Origin: Chitinophagales bacterium
Lineage (GTDB): Bacteria; Bacteroidota; Bacteroidia; Chitinophagales; S012-47
Assembly: GCA_015487695.1 (NCBI GenBank)
Contig: WFPF01000103.1
Coordinates: 19,504-83,503, forward strand
Direction: 5' to 3'
Length of the DNA: 64,000 bases
The translations under genes were made by a program, and so were the position numbers. Positions 60,814 to 64,000 of this stretch are shown here, one piece after another. The notes under the pieces are model-generated. The model saw nothing but the letters and a program-made list of their open reading frames with translations. It ran no database searches and was not told the DNA's origin. Positions within the stretch are counted from its first letter, which is position 1. Every line of letters starts with the position of its first letter.

Positions 60814-61821
60814 GTGTTATCCCTCTTTCAAACCAATAAACCGTACGGCTACCTCTGGGTGCTTCTCTTTTTTACCCTGCTAAGTCTCCATGCCTGGTTT
60901 CAGGGGCCCGATCCCCTTCTCGCTCCCTCCTCTTCCTACCCTTTATTTTCCTTTGCCTTTCAGTTCATTCTTAGCCGTCCGTTTCTATCCCTGGTCACCG
61001 GATCACTGATTGTCCTGGGCAATGCCGTATTGCTCAACCGGATTTATAACCAATTCAGTCTGGGAAAAAGACAGCATTTTCTGACAGCACTTTTTTTCAT
61101 TTTGATTGCCTGCCTGAAGCCCCAACTCCTCTATTTCAATGCGGTAGCTACCGGAATTCTTCTTCTCACTATGGCCCTTCGCGAGGCATTCCGCATCTAC
61201 AATGCCGCCAAAGCGGATGAAGCCCTGTTTAACATGGGCATCTTCATCGGACTGGCTGTTATTTTTTACCCTCCGTTCTCGGTCCTCATCCTTTGGTCTC
61301 TGCTTGCCATCAATTTGTCAAAGAGAATGAGCCTGCGGGAATGGTTGGTTTACGTCTTTGGACTACTGACCCCGTTGTGGATTTCATTTGGTCTGCTCTA
61401 TCTGCTTGACCATCCGTATCTGCTTCTCGATTTTCTTTCCTTTTTTCAATCTTTTTCAGCTCCGGAAATCGGACCTATGGTCTGGCTCGATGGGGCAATT
61501 TATGTGTTGCTGGCCATACTGCTGATACTCTCCCTGGCATTTCAACTGCTGGGTCAGGGAAGCCGCGTGATGCAAACCAGGAAATATCACCTGCTTGTTA
61601 TTCTGCTCTATCCCTTCCTGTTGCTCTCGGTCTTTTTCAGTACCGGATCGGGCTTGCTGCCCTACTTTCCTCTGGCATTGCCCTTCAGTATCACTCTGTC
61701 TCATTACTATGAAAAGAACGGGAGCAATGCCTATTTGGGGGCACTCTATTATCTTCTGCTCCTGCTCATTATAAGTAGCCAATACCTTAATTTTGACCTC
61801 ATAAATTTTATCATTCCATGA
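60814..61821 (+). CDS. Hypothetical polytopic membrane protein
   Basis: It has a GTG start, is 335 aa and has about 9 hydrophobic helices. Its stop overlaps the purQ start (ATGA). I cannot assign it confidently to a family. Confidence 0.5.
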   Translation: MLSLFQTNKPYGYLWVLLFFTLLSLHAWFQGPDPLLAPSSSYPLFSFAFQFILSRPFLSLVTGSLIVLGNAVLLNRIYNQFSLGKRQHFLTALFFILIACLKPQLLYFNAVATGILLLTMALREAFRIYNAAKADEALFNMGIFIGLAVIFYPPFSVLILWSLLAINLSKRMSLREWLVYVFGLLTPLWISFGLLYLLDHPYLLLDFLSFFQSFSAPEIGPMVWLDGAIYVLLAILLILSLAFQLLGQGSRVMQTRKYHLLVILLYPFLLLSVFFSTGSGLLPYFPLALPFSITLSHYYEKNGSNAYLGALYYLLLLLIISSQYLNFDLINFIIP

Positions 61822-62516
61822 AGTTTGGAGTTGTCATATTCCCGGGTTCAAATTGCGACCGGGATATTATTCATGTATTGGAGCAGGTATTGGGTCAGAA
61901 AGTGGAGACACTCTGGCACAAAGAGGAAAGCCTGCCCGGATATGGTCCGGAAGATTGTATTGTGTTGCCGGGAGGTTTTTCCTATGGCGATTATTTGCGA
62001 TCCGGTGCCATAGCCCGCTTTTCACCCATTATGAATGCGGTAATGAGGCATGCCGAAAAGGGTGGGAAAGTCGTTGGCATATGCAACGGTTTTCAGATTC
62101 TCTGTGAAGCCGGACTGCTGCCCGGTGCACTTCTGCGCAATAAGAATCAGCGATTTGTCTGCAAAAATGCAAATATCAAAGCCGGCAACAATAAGCTGGC
62201 TCTGACAAAATATGCTCCGGCACAAATTGCCCTTACAATACCCGTAGCCCATGCCGAAGGACGCTACTATGCCGATCAGGAAACGATAGACGAGATTTTT
62301 CAAAACGGACAGGTGCTTTTTCAGTATTGTGATGAAAATGGAGAGATCACCGAGGAAGCGAATTTCAACGGCAGTGTGATGAACATAGCGGGAGTGAGCA
62401 ACCGCAACGGAAACGTGATGGGGATGATGCCCCACCCGGAGCGGGCAGCCGAAGAAGCACTGCACAACCAAGACGGGCTTTACATTCTAAAAGGTCTGGT
62501 GGATACTTTGAACTGA
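61818..62516 (+). CDS. purQ: Phosphoribosylformylglycinamidine synthase subunit PurQ (glutaminase)
   Basis: It has MKFGVVIFPGSNCDRD, the catalytic Cys context GICNGFQIL, and MMPHPER. Confidence 0.93.
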   Translation: MKFGVVIFPGSNCDRDIIHVLEQVLGQKVETLWHKEESLPGYGPEDCIVLPGGFSYGDYLRSGAIARFSPIMNAVMRHAEKGGKVVGICNGFQILCEAGLLPGALLRNKNQRFVCKNANIKAGNNKLALTKYAPAQIALTIPVAHAEGRYYADQETIDEIFQNGQVLFQYCDENGEITEEANFNGSVMNIAGVSNRNGNVMGMMPHPERAAEEALHNQDGLYILKGLVDTLN

Positions 62517-62520
62517 AAAA

Positions 62521-63009
62521 ATGCAAGCACGGTTTTCCCTTATATTCTCAAATCTACTCATGCGAACTGGCAGCCTCTTACTTCTGGTCCTCCTTTGCTC
62601 CTATGTGATGAAAGCGCAGGAATTGAATCCGGTGTCCTGGCAGTTTACACTTGAAGAATCAGGAGATAGCCTTTACCTCGTTCATGCGGATGCCCGCATC
62701 GAGCCTCACTGGAAACTTTACTCCCATTTTATCGAAGAAGGCGGACCGATCCCTACGGATCTGCATATCGACAGTCTTCCGGGTTTCAGACAGATAGCGG
62801 CCATTGAGGAGGAAGGAAAGAGACACGGACCCGACAAAGATCCCATTTTTGGAATCGATGTAAGCTATTACATGGATAAAGTACGTTTCACAAGAAAGAT
62901 TTATGTTGCAGAGCAAGCTGCACGAATAAAAGGATATGTGCTCTTTATGGTTTGCAACGATGAGCAATGCTTGCCACCACGCACCGTACCATTCGAGTTA
63001 ACTCCATAA
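62521..63009 (+). CDS. Stand-alone DsbD N-terminal (alpha) domain protein
   Basis: There is a signal peptide. HWKLYSH...EEGGPIPT and MVCNDEQCLPP parallel the N-terminal domain of the next gene. Confidence 0.7.
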   Translation: MQARFSLIFSNLLMRTGSLLLLVLLCSYVMKAQELNPVSWQFTLEESGDSLYLVHADARIEPHWKLYSHFIEEGGPIPTDLHIDSLPGFRQIAAIEEEGKRHGPDKDPIFGIDVSYYMDKVRFTRKIYVAEQAARIKGYVLFMVCNDEQCLPPRTVPFELTP

Positions 63010-63019
63010 AATAATTGAG

Positions 63020-64000
63020 ATGAAGACAGCGGGCAGATTATTATTCCTGACACTTTCCTTTCTCCTGATTTCTTCGGGACTCCAATCCCAGATTTTAACC
63101 CCCGTCAAATGGTCACAAAGCCTTGAAAAAACAGGCGACAAGAGCTATACCCTCATTTTTAAAGCCGATATAGATGACGGTTGGAAAATCTATGCCAATG
63201 ACATTGAAGAGGGCGGGCCTATCCCGACAGGCTTCACCTTTGACACCTTGCTCAACCTCACACCCAAAGGTCCGCTTCAACAGCTTGGGCGTAAAAAAGA
63301 AAAAGAAGATCATTTCTTTGACATGCAGCTGAAATGGTTTGAAAACCGGGCTGTTTTTCGTCAGGAATTTGAGCTGGACGGTGATCAGGGTGAAATTAAA
63401 GGCTATCTGACCTTTATGACCTGCGATGCCACGCAATGCCTGCCTCCGGAGGAGATTCCCTTTCACTATCAAATTACCAAAGGAGAGATCACATCATTGG
63501 TCGGTGCGGAAACATCGTCAACACCGGATGAAACCGTGGGCACAGACGAGACAGCGACACAAACGGACCAGGCAACTGAAGAAGAAGCAAGCGATAAAAG
63601 CGGAAAGAAAAGGAAGAGTTTATGGGGATTTCTGCTGGCTGGTTTTGGCAGTGGCCTGCTTGCCCTGCTCACGCCCTGTGTTTTTCCCATGATACCGCTA
63701 ACGGTGAGCTTTTTTACAAAAAGCTCCAAAAACCGGAAAAGAGGTCTCGCCAATGCGCTTATTTACGCTTTGTCGATTATAGGCATCTTTCTGATACTGG
63801 GATTCCTGATCACGCTCACACTGGGGCCGGGTGCGCTCAATGCCATGGCGAGCAACAAGTACTTCAATCTCATGTTCTTCGTAGTATTTGTCATATTTGC
63901 CATCTCCTTCTTCGGGGCGTTTGAGATTACCCTTCCAAGCAGTTTCATCAACCGGGCCGATGCCATGTCTGACAAGGGAGGCATCATAGGCATTTTCTTC
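63020..64000 (+). CDS. dsbD: Thiol:disulfide interchange protein DsbD / cytochrome c biogenesis transmembrane protein, N-terminal part (runs off window end)
   Basis: It is absent from the ORF track because there is no stop. My translation from ATG 63020 stays open for 327 codons. The N-terminal alpha domain has GWKIYAN..EEGGPIPT..FMTCDATQCLPP. The TM region LLALLTPCVFPMIPLTVSFF is the DsbD/CcdA Cys motif. Confidence 0.85.
   Translation, partial: MKTAGRLLFLTLSFLLISSGLQSQILTPVKWSQSLEKTGDKSYTLIFKADIDDGWKIYANDIEEGGPIPTGFTFDTLLNLTPKGPLQQLGRKKEKEDHFFDMQLKWFENRAVFRQEFELDGDQGEIKGYLTFMTCDATQCLPPEEIPFHYQITKGEITSLVGAETSSTPDETVGTDETATQTDQATEEEASDKSGKKRKSLWGFLLAGFGSGLLALLTPCVFPMIPLTVSFFTKSSKNRKRGLANALIYALSIIGIFLILGFLITLTLGPGALNAMASNKYFNLMFFVVFVIFAISFFGAFEITLPSSFINRADAMSDKGGIIGIFF

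Noticed and set aside
1-64000. I looked for mobile elements, prophage, a defence island, a CRISPR array, a retron or DGR, and toxin-antitoxin pairs.
   Set aside because: I saw no integrase, transposase, reverse transcriptase, Cas, restriction-modification or small paired toxin-antitoxin ORFs. I also saw no flanking long direct or inverted repeats and no tRNA integration site. Apart from the repeat tract at 48.5-49.9 kb, the composition looks uniform by eye. The window looks like core chromosome with a few surface-protein loci.

Overview
The window is a gene-dense chromosomal segment with about 57 CDS on both strands. It carries several 4-nt ATGA overlaps and two convergent 3'-end overlaps. 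It most likely comes from a gliding Bacteroidota organism. The evidence for that is type IX secretion (T9SS) C-terminal sorting domains, GldB-like and PorV/PorQ-like genes, a TonB-dependent receptor, 14 exact TAnnTTTG -7 promoter boxes and almost no Shine-Dalgarno sequences. By eye I found no rRNA, tRNA, CRISPR array, transposase, integrase, phage block or recognisable defence island. Most genes are housekeeping or cell-envelope functions: uppS-bamA, nadK, hpt, kdsD/A/C, nadE, rlmD, tatC, radA, rnhA, bcp, purQ and dsbD. The accessory or poorly understood parts are listed here. (1) Two tandem diverged paralogues (47235-50618 and 51021-53753) encode giant beta-helix T9SS cargo proteins with an unusual N-terminal signal anchor. 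They differ by an expansion of a 54-aa (162-bp) repeat. A 400-bp spacer rich in GTTTCA hexamers separates them. (2) An orphan SpoIIE-phosphatase / STAS / anti-sigma-kinase partner-switching module has no sigma gene nearby (27054-29886). (3) A bacterial homologue of the vertebrate GTDC1/QTMAN tRNA-queuosine mannosyltransferase family lies at 24048-25175. (4) A PorV/PorQ-family gene is translationally coupled to an NHL lipoprotein gene (16051-18278). (5) A 1153-aa PNGase-F-like/LamG T9SS protein lies at 9810-13271. (6) Several -7 promoter boxes sit only 4-8 nt from start codons, which implies leaderless mRNAs. I see nothing that is compellingly a new multi-gene system; items 1 and 2 are the best candidates. 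All product names come from motif recognition by eye. No database search was run.
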